46,451 bases of DNA from Promethearchaeota archaeon (GCA_016839745.1 JAEOTS010000107.1:1-46451), one strand, 5' to 3'. Counted from the stretch's first letter, positions 18,619-29,180 are shown. The notes: generated by a model from the letters alone, not told the origin. Numbers and translations: made by a program.

Positions 18619-21264
18619 TTGAATGAGAAAAAAAGGTTGAACGCTTTCTCACTTTCTAAATTTACGAATTTTGAGATGATTATGGACTCTCAATTTGCGT
18701 CTGCTGGATCCCATCAAGCTAAAATAATAGAAAAGTGCGAGAAAAATAATAAGTATATAAAAAGACAATCAAGTTCGTTAAAGATTGTTTCGGGTTTTGT
18801 GATGACGATAATGCCTTTGCTCTCCATCGTTATATATTTTGCAATAAAAGATGAAATTTCTCCATCTTACCCTTTAGAAGGAGAAATTTTCCTCTTAAGT
18901 TTTTTTATCTGGATTAATTTGATTATGTCTATCCTTTATATCTTTCTATTTGGGTTGTTTACTACGAGCAGTCTAATGTCAGGTTCATCTTTTAGATGGT
19001 TGCAGACTTTACCGGTATCTCGAAAAGATTTGAAGAGATTAGGTTTTATGACCTTGTTTCGTAATCTTAGTATTCCAATAATTATAATGACATTCATGTT
19101 TCCGATTGCTTTATTCATTATAACTCAGAATATCTTTACATTTTTGGCATCTCTTATATCCTCTTTTCTTATAACGATTCTAGCGATAAGCTTTTTGATT
19201 ATTGTTGGAGATAGGTTTAGCCGAATTTTTTCAGAATCAACCCGAAATTCAAGTAAAGCTAACATATTAAGAATGGTCTCATTAGTTGGGTTTTTCCTTA
19301 TAGCTTTCGGTTCTAGTTTTGTTCTAAATATAGGGATAAACGCTATAGTAGTTCTTGCCGGGGAGTTTCAACTAAATCCTCCTTCAACTTTTTTAAATAT
19401 GGTACTGAGTTTTATTCCATTACCTTTTGCTCCTGGATATTTTATAAGTTTAAGTATGATAAATGGTCCAGTTCCACTAAATTTATTAAGCTCAAGTGTA
19501 GTGGGGATGGCAATATTAGCAGGAATTACCTATCTCACTTACAAAATTGCCATAAGATCTCTATCTAGCGTAGCAACTTTTGAGATTGACGCTTTTAAAG
19601 CTAAAAAGGAATCCAAAAGAAAAACGGATAAAAGTTTGGAACCGGTTGTTATTGAAGTTAAAACAACGTCTCCTGTTGAATCTTATATGCATAAAGACTT
19701 AATCTCCTCAACTCGCGATTATCAATCATTAATTTTTATTCTCATGCCTATCTTATACCCTATAATTATGATTTTATCAATGCAAGGAGTTGTAACTGAA
19801 GAAGTATCTTCAACCTTTAGTATTATGATATTATGGTCAATAATTTTGATTGCCAGTCAGTTTATTCCACCTCTGCTTGTTGGAGGATTACTAAATCTAG
19901 AGGAATCAGGTTCCTCTACATTAGCTTCGTTACCTCTTTTACCGAGAGATCAAGCTAAAGGAAAATTAATATTGATGCTAATTATTCAAGGAATTTCATT
20001 AACTTTAATGGCGATAATTCTAACTTTTTTAACCAAATCTGTATATGTCTTAATTTTGATGATAGGAAGTTTACCAATTTCTTGGACGTTACTCTTGTTT
20101 GTATTTCAAATGAAAGTGCGATTATTTGGCACAATGAAATACAAGTATGTTCTTGAAGAAGTTAATTCTAGACATAAAGTAGCGAAATGGATTGCCATAG
20201 TTGGAGCGGATATAGGAATATGTATTTTTATTCTAATACTTGGCTTTACCTTTTTCTTAAGTTTAGGGTTTATCCCCACAACAATCATTTTATTTTTCTT
20301 AGGCTTAATTGGTTTATCTGTGGTTATTTACACTTTTACTAAAATGTTCCCTCCATTTGAGAAATTACCACTATATGAAACAAGGGGATTATTAAGAAAT
20401 AAACCAATTCTTGGGGCTATAACAATAATGCTTTTATATGTATTTTTTCCGTGGATTGCAACTTTTATTGAGGTTATTTTTCTCCCCCTTATATTGGGAT
20501 TAGAATTTACAGGAATCTTACTCGTAGAATTTCTCTTGATTGAGGGTTTTATAGCACTTTTGCTACTCTATATAGTGCCAAAAGGAATGAAATTACCTCG
20601 TAAAGATGAAACTATTTTAGGTTATACTAAAACAATCGGATTAACAAGGATTAAACCGCTAGGTCGGAATCTCCTTGTGGGGTTTTGCTCTTCTGCTATT
20701 CTTATTTGTAGCTTATTTATAGGGGGAAATTTATTAGGCGTTTTTTATTTTGATCCTGAGTTTTTGTTTAGAGATCCAAATCCTTATCCTTTCATGTTGG
20801 GTTGGTTCATTTGGATTTTTATGATTAGGCCGGGGTTATGGGAAGAAGTAGCATTTCGAGGTGTTGTTATACCGCTTCTATCAAAAAAGTACAAGCGTAT
20901 GTCTACGATTTTAATAAGTGGGATTATTTTTGGATTAGCACATGCTTTTAACATCGTAGGAGTTTTATTATCGGGCGGAGATCATATTTATACGCTATTT
21001 CAAGTTATATATACTACTTTAATAGGTTTTTCAATGGGTTATATGTATTTAAAAACCAATAGTCTTCTTCCAAGCATTATTTATCATTATTTAATCGATA
21101 CAGTAGGACTAGTTTTTCTAAATGTTTACATCGAAAACATAGTTCTCGTAGGAGTATTTTTAATTGTATTTTTAGGCGTAATTCCGACAATTCTGAATAT
21201 TGGATTAACTAAATTGGTTTTTTGGAAAGATTATAATAAAGAGGTTATAAATAATAAACGATAA
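18619..21264 (+). CDS. Putative ABC permease fused to a C-terminal CPBP (type II CAAX/Abi) intramembrane protease (copy 1)
   Basis: Long multi-TM N-terminal region with repeated W/LxxLP motifs. C-terminal GLWEEVAFRG, FGLAH and HYLID motifs. Confidence 0.8.
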   Translation: MNEKKRLNAFSLSKFTNFEMIMDSQFASAGSHQAKIIEKCEKNNKYIKRQSSSLKIVSGFVMTIMPLLSIVIYFAIKDEISPSYPLEGEIFLLSFFIWINLIMSILYIFLFGLFTTSSLMSGSSFRWLQTLPVSRKDLKRLGFMTLFRNLSIPIIIMTFMFPIALFIITQNIFTFLASLISSFLITILAISFLIIVGDRFSRIFSESTRNSSKANILRMVSLVGFFLIAFGSSFVLNIGINAIVVLAGEFQLNPPSTFLNMVLSFIPLPFAPGYFISLSMINGPVPLNLLSSSVVGMAILAGITYLTYKIAIRSLSSVATFEIDAFKAKKESKRKTDKSLEPVVIEVKTTSPVESYMHKDLISSTRDYQSLIFILMPILYPIIMILSMQGVVTEEVSSTFSIMILWSIILIASQFIPPLLVGGLLNLEESGSSTLASLPLLPRDQAKGKLILMLIIQGISLTLMAIILTFLTKSVYVLILMIGSLPISWTLLLFVFQMKVRLFGTMKYKYVLEEVNSRHKVAKWIAIVGADIGICIFILILGFTFFLSLGFIPTTIILFFLGLIGLSVVIYTFTKMFPPFEKLPLYETRGLLRNKPILGAITIMLLYVFFPWIATFIEVIFLPLILGLEFTGILLVEFLLIEGFIALLLLYIVPKGMKLPRKDETILGYTKTIGLTRIKPLGRNLLVGFCSSAILICSLFIGGNLLGVFYFDPEFLFRDPNPYPFMLGWFIWIFMIRPGLWEEVAFRGVVIPLLSKKYKRMSTILISGIIFGLAHAFNIVGVLLSGGDHIYTLFQVIYTTLIGFSMGYMYLKTNSLLPSIIYHYLIDTVGLVFLNVYIENIVLVGVFLIVFLGVIPTILNIGLTKLVFWKDYNKEVINNKR

Positions 21265-21297
21265 AAATTTTAAAAAATTTTAATGTGATGATGTAGA

Positions 21298-22092
21298 ATG
21301 AATGATAATGTAATGATTTCTGTAAGTGAATTACAGAAATTTTTTGGGGATATTAAAGCGGTAAATGGAATTTCATTTGAAGTTAAAAAGGGAGAAGTGT
21401 TTGGCCTATTAGGTCCTAACGGAGCGGGTAAAACTACTACTATTAAGTTATTATTAGGTTTACTAGAACCGAATCAAGGTGATATTAGGATAATGGGTTT
21501 AAATCCCGAAACGGAAGAAGTTCAAATTAAAAGCCGCGTGGGTTACGTTTCTGAAGAACCGTTGATTTTTAAATCTCTTACGCCTAAAAACTTGTTTAAT
21601 TTTATAGCTTCTATTCGTAGCTTAGAAGCAGAGGAGACCTCAAAACGAGCACAAGAGTACTTGGAGAGTTTAGGAGCTTTAGAATATTACGAACAATTAG
21701 TAGCAACTTTGTCTCATGGGAATAAACAGAAGATTCAAATAATTTCAGCAATTCTCCATGATCCTGATTTACTTATTATGGATGAGCCCTTAGCCGGTCT
21801 TGACGCAAAGTCAGTGAAAGTTGTCAAAGAGGTTTTAGATATCCATATCGAAAACGGCGGTGCAGTGCTATTTTCAACCCATATCATGGAAATAGCAGAA
21901 GATTTATGTGACCGAATTGCTATAATGAATAGGGGAAAATTAGTTGGTATTGGAACCATGGAAGAACTTCGTCAACAAGCAGATAGATTAGGAGCAAATC
22001 TGGAAGATGTGTTCTTACGATTAACTGAACAAGATATAAGCGTAAATGAAATAGTTAAGAAGCTGAGAAAATCTTTTAACGAGAGAAACTAA
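21298..22092 (+). CDS. ABC transporter ATP-binding protein (copy 2)
   Basis: Long blocks identical to copy 1, e.g. VGYVSEEPLIFKSLTPK and ATLSHGNKQKIQI. Confidence 0.95.
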   Translation: MNDNVMISVSELQKFFGDIKAVNGISFEVKKGEVFGLLGPNGAGKTTTIKLLLGLLEPNQGDIRIMGLNPETEEVQIKSRVGYVSEEPLIFKSLTPKNLFNFIASIRSLEAEETSKRAQEYLESLGALEYYEQLVATLSHGNKQKIQIISAILHDPDLLIMDEPLAGLDAKSVKVVKEVLDIHIENGGAVLFSTHIMEIAEDLCDRIAIMNRGKLVGIGTMEELRQQADRLGANLEDVFLRLTEQDISVNEIVKKLRKSFNERN

Positions 22093-22105
22093 GGATCTTT
22101 TAATT

Positions 22106-24721
22106 ATGGCTGAGAAAAATTTAGGACTTTACAAACTTGCAAAGTATACTAATCTCGAAATTGTGATGGAATCGCAGGTTCTATCTTCCGGAGCAAACCA
22201 AGCTCGTCTTATGGAAAAATATAAAAAAAATAAGGGCTCAATTAAACAGCAAGCGTTTGCAATGAAAGTAGTTTTTGCAGTGATGCTTTTATTTGTAGTT
22301 TTTTTACCAATTAGTACCTATTTTCAGGTAAGTTCCCTGCTTAGCAATTCATCTGTAATCCCAGATTCTGTTTTGATTCCTGGAGGTATCTTATTTGGAT
22401 CTTTTAATATAATGCAATTACTTTACCTCACGATGCTCGGTATGTTCGCAATCGGCGCCATGATGTCTGGAGATGCTTTTAAATGGTATGAGACGCTACC
22501 CATCTCCAAGAAAAGGTTAAGAAAGTTAGGTTTTATGACTGTTTTCCATAACTTAGATGTAGGACTCATTACAATGATTGTTGCATTACCGATTATTTTG
22601 TTCGTTATCTCTCTTAACATCCTGCTAGCATTAGTCGCTGCGATGATATCTGTTATTAATGTGATGTTTTCTTTTAGTATACTTGTATTAATAGCGGAAA
22701 GGATTAGTCGGGTATTGAAAATTAGCGAAGCAGGTTCTAGGAAAGCTACTCTCATTCGAATTTTCACGATGTTAAGTTATGTGGTAGTCATCTTTTCTGC
22801 TTCATTTTTCATGCAATGGATATTTACTTCAGCAGGGGCTTTTTTTGATTTGATGACATCTTTAGATATTCCACTGATAGTTAATATAATCATGAGTTTA
22901 ATTCCGTATCTTTTTTCGCCTGGATTTTTAATAACTATGTCCATGGAGCCGTTAAGCTTTACTCCAATTTTGTGGGTTTCATCCTTATTTGGACTTGGTC
23001 TTTCTATATTATTAACCTTTTTTACTTATAGAAGGGCTTTAAGAGCTATGAGAATGGTAACTTCATCAGCGTCTCTTGAAGCGAAACATTCATCATCTTC
23101 AAAAATAATCTCTGAAAAACCTATCGAGGTTCTAATCGAGCCCCGAACTCCTATTAAAGCCTATATTCGTAAAGATTTATCTACTGCTACAAGAGATATT
23201 CAGACATTTATGTTCATTATAATACCCTTTATTCTTCCGTTAATGGTGTTAATCCCGCTATTAATCAGTCCAACAGGGCTTATGGATTCATTTGTTGAAG
23301 ATTACATTATGATTTGGGCTCTGATAACTATTTATCAACCTATGATCCCGATGATGCTTTCTTCGGGATTTTTAAACATGGAAGATACGGGTGCTTCAAT
23401 TCTATCATCTTTACCAATTCGTACTCGTGACCAAGCGAAAGCGAAATTATTATTATTAGGTTCAATACAAAGCATTTCCTTTTTTTTACCTATTATCTTG
23501 TTTTTAGGAAATCCAGAATTTTCAAGTTATCTGCTTTCTTTTATTTCCTATTATCCCGTTGTATTAACACTATTAATGTCCATGTTCCAAATGAAGATTC
23601 GATTTTTCGGTAGAATGAAATATAAATTTGTTGTAGAAGAATTTAATCCAGAGAAAAAGGTAACAAAATGGTTCATAATGGTAGTAGTTCAATATCTAAT
23701 TTACTTTGCTTTCAATTTCATGGGTGGCATTTTAATATTATTTTTCAACGCTAATATGATGTTTCTAGCCACTTTTATTGGCGGAATCCTCGCTTTAGGC
23801 GTTTTATTACTTTCTTTCAATAGTATGTTTCCAAAAATACCGGGAAAGAGACAAACTATAAGTATTAGAGAAATCCTCAGAAAATATCCATCCTTTGGGA
23901 CCATTACTTTATTAGCTTTATATGGTGGAACCTTATTTTTATCTGGGAATATTGTTTTGCCTTTTCTTTTCATAATTGAATTTATACCTTTTATTGTATA
24001 CCTTTTTCTTAACTTTTTCTTAACTTTTGGTATAATGACATTAGTCTGGATATTCTTTGTTCAACGATCTTTAGGTCTTCCAAATGGAAAAGAATCTCTA
24101 AAAGATTATATTAAGACTATCGGTTTAAAACCTGATAGAAAAATAGTACGAAATATCTTTCTTGGAATTGGTTGCTCAATTATATTTTTCATTAGTGCAT
24201 TTATTACTGGTAATATATTTGGTAATTATAATTTCGAATTGGATGTAATATTTGGAAATCCTGGGACTAGTGTTTCGATCTATGGATGGTTTCTTTTTAT
24301 AGTAGCGTTAATTCCAGGGATCTGGGAGGAGATTTCATTTAGAGGGGTAATATCCACTTTATCTTTAAGAAAATATTCTCGAACAACGGTATTAATCTTC
24401 GTATCTATATTATTTGGTTTAACCCATTTCTTCAACCTCTTATCAGGAGGCTTTTTGTTTTTTACAGGGATACAAGTAGTCTACGCAACAATATTAGGCT
24501 TTCTTTTGGGTTATCTTTTCATTAAAACTAAGAGTTTAATCCCCTCTATTATTTTACATTATTTAATAGATAGTGTAGGGCAATTATTTACATATATTGA
24601 TATTGAGACATATGGTAGTATCGTTGATTTCGTATTATTTGCTATTATAGGCACCGCAATAATCCCTACTGTTTTAGGGATACTGTTAGTCAAGCTAGTT
24701 GTTAAAAAGGAACCAGGATAA
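22106..24721 (+). CDS. Putative ABC permease fused to a C-terminal CPBP protease (copy 2)
   Basis: Same layout as copy 1. GIWEEISFRG, FGLTH and HYLID motifs; shared KDLxxxTRD and RDQAKxKL blocks. Confidence 0.8.
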   Translation: MAEKNLGLYKLAKYTNLEIVMESQVLSSGANQARLMEKYKKNKGSIKQQAFAMKVVFAVMLLFVVFLPISTYFQVSSLLSNSSVIPDSVLIPGGILFGSFNIMQLLYLTMLGMFAIGAMMSGDAFKWYETLPISKKRLRKLGFMTVFHNLDVGLITMIVALPIILFVISLNILLALVAAMISVINVMFSFSILVLIAERISRVLKISEAGSRKATLIRIFTMLSYVVVIFSASFFMQWIFTSAGAFFDLMTSLDIPLIVNIIMSLIPYLFSPGFLITMSMEPLSFTPILWVSSLFGLGLSILLTFFTYRRALRAMRMVTSSASLEAKHSSSSKIISEKPIEVLIEPRTPIKAYIRKDLSTATRDIQTFMFIIIPFILPLMVLIPLLISPTGLMDSFVEDYIMIWALITIYQPMIPMMLSSGFLNMEDTGASILSSLPIRTRDQAKAKLLLLGSIQSISFFLPIILFLGNPEFSSYLLSFISYYPVVLTLLMSMFQMKIRFFGRMKYKFVVEEFNPEKKVTKWFIMVVVQYLIYFAFNFMGGILILFFNANMMFLATFIGGILALGVLLLSFNSMFPKIPGKRQTISIREILRKYPSFGTITLLALYGGTLFLSGNIVLPFLFIIEFIPFIVYLFLNFFLTFGIMTLVWIFFVQRSLGLPNGKESLKDYIKTIGLKPDRKIVRNIFLGIGCSIIFFISAFITGNIFGNYNFELDVIFGNPGTSVSIYGWFLFIVALIPGIWEEISFRGVISTLSLRKYSRTTVLIFVSILFGLTHFFNLLSGGFLFFTGIQVVYATILGFLLGYLFIKTKSLIPSIILHYLIDSVGQLFTYIDIETYGSIVDFVLFAIIGTAIIPTVLGILLVKLVVKKEPG

Positions 24722-24760
24722 TCGTAACTAAAATGTAATCGCCTTAAATCCTCATTAAAT

Positions 24761-26050
24761 TTAAGAATCATTAGTAATATAAGCAAGGCAAATCTTTAAA
24801 ACGCGCTCAAGGGCTCCCTCTTCAATTTTATCCGATGTATCTGTTGGTTGGTGATAAAATTCAAGCATTTTCTTCAGATTCATGGCTGTTATAGTTGCTG
24901 CTTTAATTTCTGATTTTGAAAATGCAGTTGCATCAGTACCTCCAGTAACTTGCCCAAAAATTTTCTCAAGAGTATTAGAACCACCTAAAGCGGAAGCGTT
25001 CACCTTGATTTGGGAAGATTTTGCTGCGTTAAATATTTTTTCAATAACAATCTTAGAATGTTTAGTCCTCGTTGATGGTTCAAAGTCAATTATTGCAATA
25101 TTATCGCTACTGTGGATTCCATCCATATTGATACACTCTACTTCAAATTTTTTTAATTCGTCAAGATGTTTAGCTACATACCGATAAGCGCCTCTCAAAC
25201 CTGCTTCCTCACATCCGAAAGAAATTAATCTAATTTCTGTATTTTTGGGTATAGATTCTTTATGATTTTTGAGAAAACTACCGATAGCTAAGACTATTGC
25301 TACTGAACTTAAATTATCAACAGCTCCAGGTACTTTATTTGCCTTTTCTCCAAAAGAAACAAAAAAAAATAACCCAATAAATGCGGGGATGCCTATTAAG
25401 AAAAGTATTAGTGCAAAAATGAAGAAAAAATCATAATTCAGCAAGTTTGTTATCATAACTAAAAGAACAAATATGGATGTAAACAGCCACAGGATCATAA
25501 TTATTAATCCAATGAATATTATAATTGGATATCCTATTTTTAGATAAGTTAATAAATTAAACTGAAGAGCGCTATCGTGATGACCAGAAAATATTATGAT
25601 TTTCTTTGGCTCTTCGTGAGGAGCAATTTTCCCAATGACATTTTGGGAAGTTCTTGATTTAAATAGAGGGTCAATAAACTCTCGATAGTTGAAAAATTCA
25701 TTCCATAATATTAAGATTGATATTAAATTGAAGCTAAAAGATAAAAACGACATAATATAGCCCCAGTAATTGAAAAGATTAAGTGGTATAAGAAAAAACG
25801 ATAAGAACGATAATAGTACTAAAACTATATCAACTTTAATATATCCTAGGAATGCACGCGGGTTACAAGAAAAAGTTTCTAAAGTGACTTCATCGCAGAC
25901 TAACTCTAATTCTTTTTTGATTATCTCGGCAGCTTGAGCTTCTTGAGGACTACATGGCATTCTTGGACCACATGTATCAATAATAGTTTGAATTATTTTG
26001 TACATGTAATTTGAATTTTTCTCATCAATATTAGCTTTCAGCAAATTCAC
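24761..26050 (-). CDS. Membrane-embedded M28 family zinc peptidase
   Basis: GPRMPCSPQE, GHHDS, PGAVDN, CEEAGLRG, INMD, TDA and YH motifs, with two inserted TM hairpins. Confidence 0.85.
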   Translation of the reverse strand: MNLLKANIDEKNSNYMYKIIQTIIDTCGPRMPCSPQEAQAAEIIKKELELVCDEVTLETFSCNPRAFLGYIKVDIVLVLLSFLSFFLIPLNLFNYWGYIMSFLSFSFNLISILILWNEFFNYREFIDPLFKSRTSQNVIGKIAPHEEPKKIIIFSGHHDSALQFNLLTYLKIGYPIIIFIGLIIMILWLFTSIFVLLVMITNLLNYDFFFIFALILFLIGIPAFIGLFFFVSFGEKANKVPGAVDNLSSVAIVLAIGSFLKNHKESIPKNTEIRLISFGCEEAGLRGAYRYVAKHLDELKKFEVECINMDGIHSSDNIAIIDFEPSTRTKHSKIVIEKIFNAAKSSQIKVNASALGGSNTLEKIFGQVTGGTDATAFSKSEIKAATITAMNLKKMLEFYHQPTDTSDKIEEGALERVLKICLAYITNDS

Positions 26051-26185
26051 TTCTGTATTTTTGATATTTAAGATTTATTTTATATGTTATCTATATTTAT
26101 TTCTTACTGGTTTATTTAATCAATGAGTTAAAGTTTAATATATAATTTTAGTTACATAAGTGTCAATATATTCTGTAAATAATAG

Positions 26186-26920
26186 GTGGAATATACGTTA
26201 TTAACAAAAGAGAAGCAATATGTTTGTAAAGTGTGCGGTTTTAATATGATTGGATACTATCCTGAACATTGTCCTTTCTGTGGAGCGTTAAATGTGAAAT
26301 TTATTACTGCTGAAGAATGTTCTAAAAATTATGAAATTATAGAAACAATAGTAAATAATAAAGTAATTCGGTTAAATTCTTCACCTCCACTTGGATTAGA
26401 ACATTCAGCATATTGCATTATGACTGGAAAACAGACAATCTGGATTGATTGTCCTTCCACCTTCAGTGAAGATATTGAGAGGATGGACAAAATCATGTTT
26501 ACCCATAATCACTTTCTTGGAGCTTCAAATTTATACCGTAGTTATTATTCTGCTTTTTTATGGATTCATAAAGAGGATTCCAAACAAGTACTTGCTCAAA
26601 AATATCCTTTCGATAAAAAATTTGAGAATGATTATAATTTTTCTGAAATTGAAGCATATCATATTAATGGTCACACTCCCGGATTTACCTTTTATATATT
26701 TAAAGATTTATTTTTCATTTGTGATTATGTATCTATTTCAGGTAGTAATATGCGTTTTAATCCTTATGGTCCACGAGATAAGACTATAGAAGGTGCTAAG
26801 GTAATGAATGATATTCTCAATAGGCACGAACTTCGTAAAGTATGTGGATTTGATTATGTGCTTGAATATTCTAATTGGAAAGCTAAATTTGACGATCTTT
26901 TAAATTCTGTAAAAATTTAA
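26186..26920 (+). CDS. Rubredoxin-like domain fused to a metallo-beta-lactamase-like domain
   Basis: N-terminal YVCKVCG...CPFCGA; FTHNH, GHTPG and FICD motifs. Confidence 0.72.
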   Translation: MEYTLLTKEKQYVCKVCGFNMIGYYPEHCPFCGALNVKFITAEECSKNYEIIETIVNNKVIRLNSSPPLGLEHSAYCIMTGKQTIWIDCPSTFSEDIERMDKIMFTHNHFLGASNLYRSYYSAFLWIHKEDSKQVLAQKYPFDKKFENDYNFSEIEAYHINGHTPGFTFYIFKDLFFICDYVSISGSNMRFNPYGPRDKTIEGAKVMNDILNRHELRKVCGFDYVLEYSNWKAKFDDLLNSVKI

Positions 26921-27125
26921 TTTTCATTTTCGTAACTAATAGCCTTAGTGGGGCAAATATCGATACATGCCCACAAAAAGTACATTTTTTATTTGGATCT
27001 TTAAATGATACCTGTCTTTTCTCACCAATTTCAGTGGGAGGAGAATAAAAAAGATTTTCGGGACATTTTTCTACACAATCTCGGCATTTTATGCATTGAA
27101 TGTTATCAATTACAATAATTGTCAC
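26917..27125 (-). pseudogene. 2x[4Fe-4S] ferredoxin with a single-base frameshift (pseudogene or assembly indel)
   Basis: First motif CIKCRDCVEKCP is intact. Adding one G to the GGG run (plus-strand ccc, 26970-26972) changes CTFCGHVS... to CTFCGACIDICPTKAISYENEN*, with the stop at 26917. Confidence 0.8.
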
Positions 27126-27295
27126 AATTTTTCACTAAAAATAGTTAAAAAATTTATCTAAAAGTTTAAATTTTTTAATGAAAACTTTTTTAATATTTTT
27201 GTCGAGAAAAATACGAATATATCACATGGATATAATTTTTCATTAACATAATTTTTATGCATATTTAAATGTAGTAATTAAGGTTGAGGGATTGA

Positions 27296-28144
27296 ATGAG
27301 TACTAATTTGAAAAATTTTAATGTTTCTTGCCCAAAATGCGGAGTTGGGAAGCAAATTACAGTTCCAGAATCACTATTTTTACAAAAAAAATTCGGTACC
27401 GTCAAGATTAAAGTACCTCAAGGAGCAGTATGCACGGATCATAATTTTATAGTTTTTATTTCTACTAAAGGTCAAATCGTTGGATATGATGTAATAGACA
27501 CCTCAGTATCATCAGATCAAGACGGAACCTTGTCAAAAGAAATAAACGGTTTAACTTTGGATGGTTTAATTGAAGCCTTTGGGTTTAATTGTGTAGCTGG
27601 TTTAATACACGCTAAATTATTTGATTATGCCTCTTTTGTCATAAGAAGTGAAGAATGTCAGATTAATATAGACCAATTAGACGAAACGTTAGATAGCTTA
27701 ATACCTCTTCAGTATAGAAATGGTAATGCTTTAAAAGATGTAGAATTCGACACATATGTATACACTAATGAAGATTTTTTTTATAGAAAATTCAAAGATT
27801 GTAATGCCGACGCGTTTTTAATCAATATTCGCAAACATGTCATACACAAACCATGGGAAACAGAATGTGACTTTGAAAAATCAATAATAGATAACGCGTT
27901 AGGGAGGAGAGATAAAGACGAGCAATTAAAGTATTTAGCTCAATATATTCTTCAGTTTATAAAAGATGTAGAATTCACTAAAACGCTTTTAGAGAACAGT
28001 AAAAGAATAAGCGAAAAAGATTTAATAAAACAGTTAAAAGCAAAGTTGATTGTTTCTACAATTAACAAAAAACGCGTCTTATTAATAAAAGAATTTATTA
28101 AGCAAAGATTTTCGAATGAAATAAGCGCTAAAATAAAGAATTAA
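27296..28144 (+). CDS. Hypothetical protein with N-terminal CxxC...CxxH zinc-ribbon-like motif
   Basis: CPKC...CTDH followed by a helical region; 282-aa ORF with an upstream purine-rich GAGGG. Confidence 0.7.
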   Translation: MSTNLKNFNVSCPKCGVGKQITVPESLFLQKKFGTVKIKVPQGAVCTDHNFIVFISTKGQIVGYDVIDTSVSSDQDGTLSKEINGLTLDGLIEAFGFNCVAGLIHAKLFDYASFVIRSEECQINIDQLDETLDSLIPLQYRNGNALKDVEFDTYVYTNEDFFYRKFKDCNADAFLINIRKHVIHKPWETECDFEKSIIDNALGRRDKDEQLKYLAQYILQFIKDVEFTKTLLENSKRISEKDLIKQLKAKLIVSTINKKRVLLIKEFIKQRFSNEISAKIKN

Positions 28145-28283
28145 TCTAACTCTTTTTATTATAGACTATTTCTTTTAAGATATTACTTTTCTATGGAAAA
28201 GTACAAAAAAGATAATGAATTTATATTTTTCATACTTAATCAAAACAAAAATATATATAAAAACAGACTAAAGTGAATCAAAT

Positions 28284-29066
28284 ATGGATTGGGGAATGCA
28301 AAACCGATTGGCAAGAATTATAAAGCCTAAATCAGGGCATTGTGTCATGCTTGCGGTGGATCATGGCTATTTTGGTAATATACCGGGATCTCTAAAGTGT
28401 TTTGGGGATTTAAACCCTCTGTTTCAATATGCTGATGCCTTAATGCTTACTCGCGGGATGCTGAGGAGTTGTGTCTCAGCTGATTTCGATATTCCGATTG
28501 TATTAAGAGTATCAGCAGGCGCTAGCATGTTAAAAGAGCTTTCAAATGAAGAAATTAACGTAACCATCGAAGAAGCTATACGATTAAACGTATCAGCGAT
28601 AACTTGCTCAATCTTTGTTGGTGGAGAATTTGAAAAACAAAGTTTAATGAACTTATCCAAACTTGTTAATTGGGGACAAGAATACGGTATTCCAACTTTA
28701 GCAGTCACTGCTGTTGGAAGAGAAATGGTTAGAGATGACCGTTACCTTGGAATGGCTAGCAGAATGGCCGCTGAGTTAGGAGCTACTTTTGTTAAAACTT
28801 ACTATTGCGAAAACTTCGAAAATGTTACAGGAATCTGCCCCGTGCCCGTCGTTATTGCGGGAGGTAAGAAAACGCCTGAAAAAGAAGCACTACAAATGGC
28901 TAAGAATGCAATTAATGCTGGAGCTGTAGGTGTAGATATGGGACGGAATATATTCCAATCAGATAAACCAATAGGAATGATCAAGGCTGTGAGGGCAATT
29001 GTTCACGAAAATGCTTCAGTAGATGAAGCATATGAAATCTATAGTAATGGTCCAGTAGGATTATAA
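28284..29066 (+). CDS. lsrF: LsrF-like class I aldolase/thiolase (DhnA family)
   Basis: MDWGMQNRLARI, LAVDHGYF, AAELGATFVKTYY (Schiff-base Lys), IAGGKK and GVDMGRNIFQ. Confidence 0.88.
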   Translation: MDWGMQNRLARIIKPKSGHCVMLAVDHGYFGNIPGSLKCFGDLNPLFQYADALMLTRGMLRSCVSADFDIPIVLRVSAGASMLKELSNEEINVTIEEAIRLNVSAITCSIFVGGEFEKQSLMNLSKLVNWGQEYGIPTLAVTAVGREMVRDDRYLGMASRMAAELGATFVKTYYCENFENVTGICPVPVVIAGGKKTPEKEALQMAKNAINAGAVGVDMGRNIFQSDKPIGMIKAVRAIVHENASVDEAYEIYSNGPVGL

Positions 29067-29180
29067 TTTTATTTTTTTTATTTATATTTATTTATTTTAA
29101 GAAAATTTTGTGTTAAGATTAAGTTCATAAATATTTCATAATTTTCCTTTATAATTACTTTAGAGATTTAACTCGCACTA

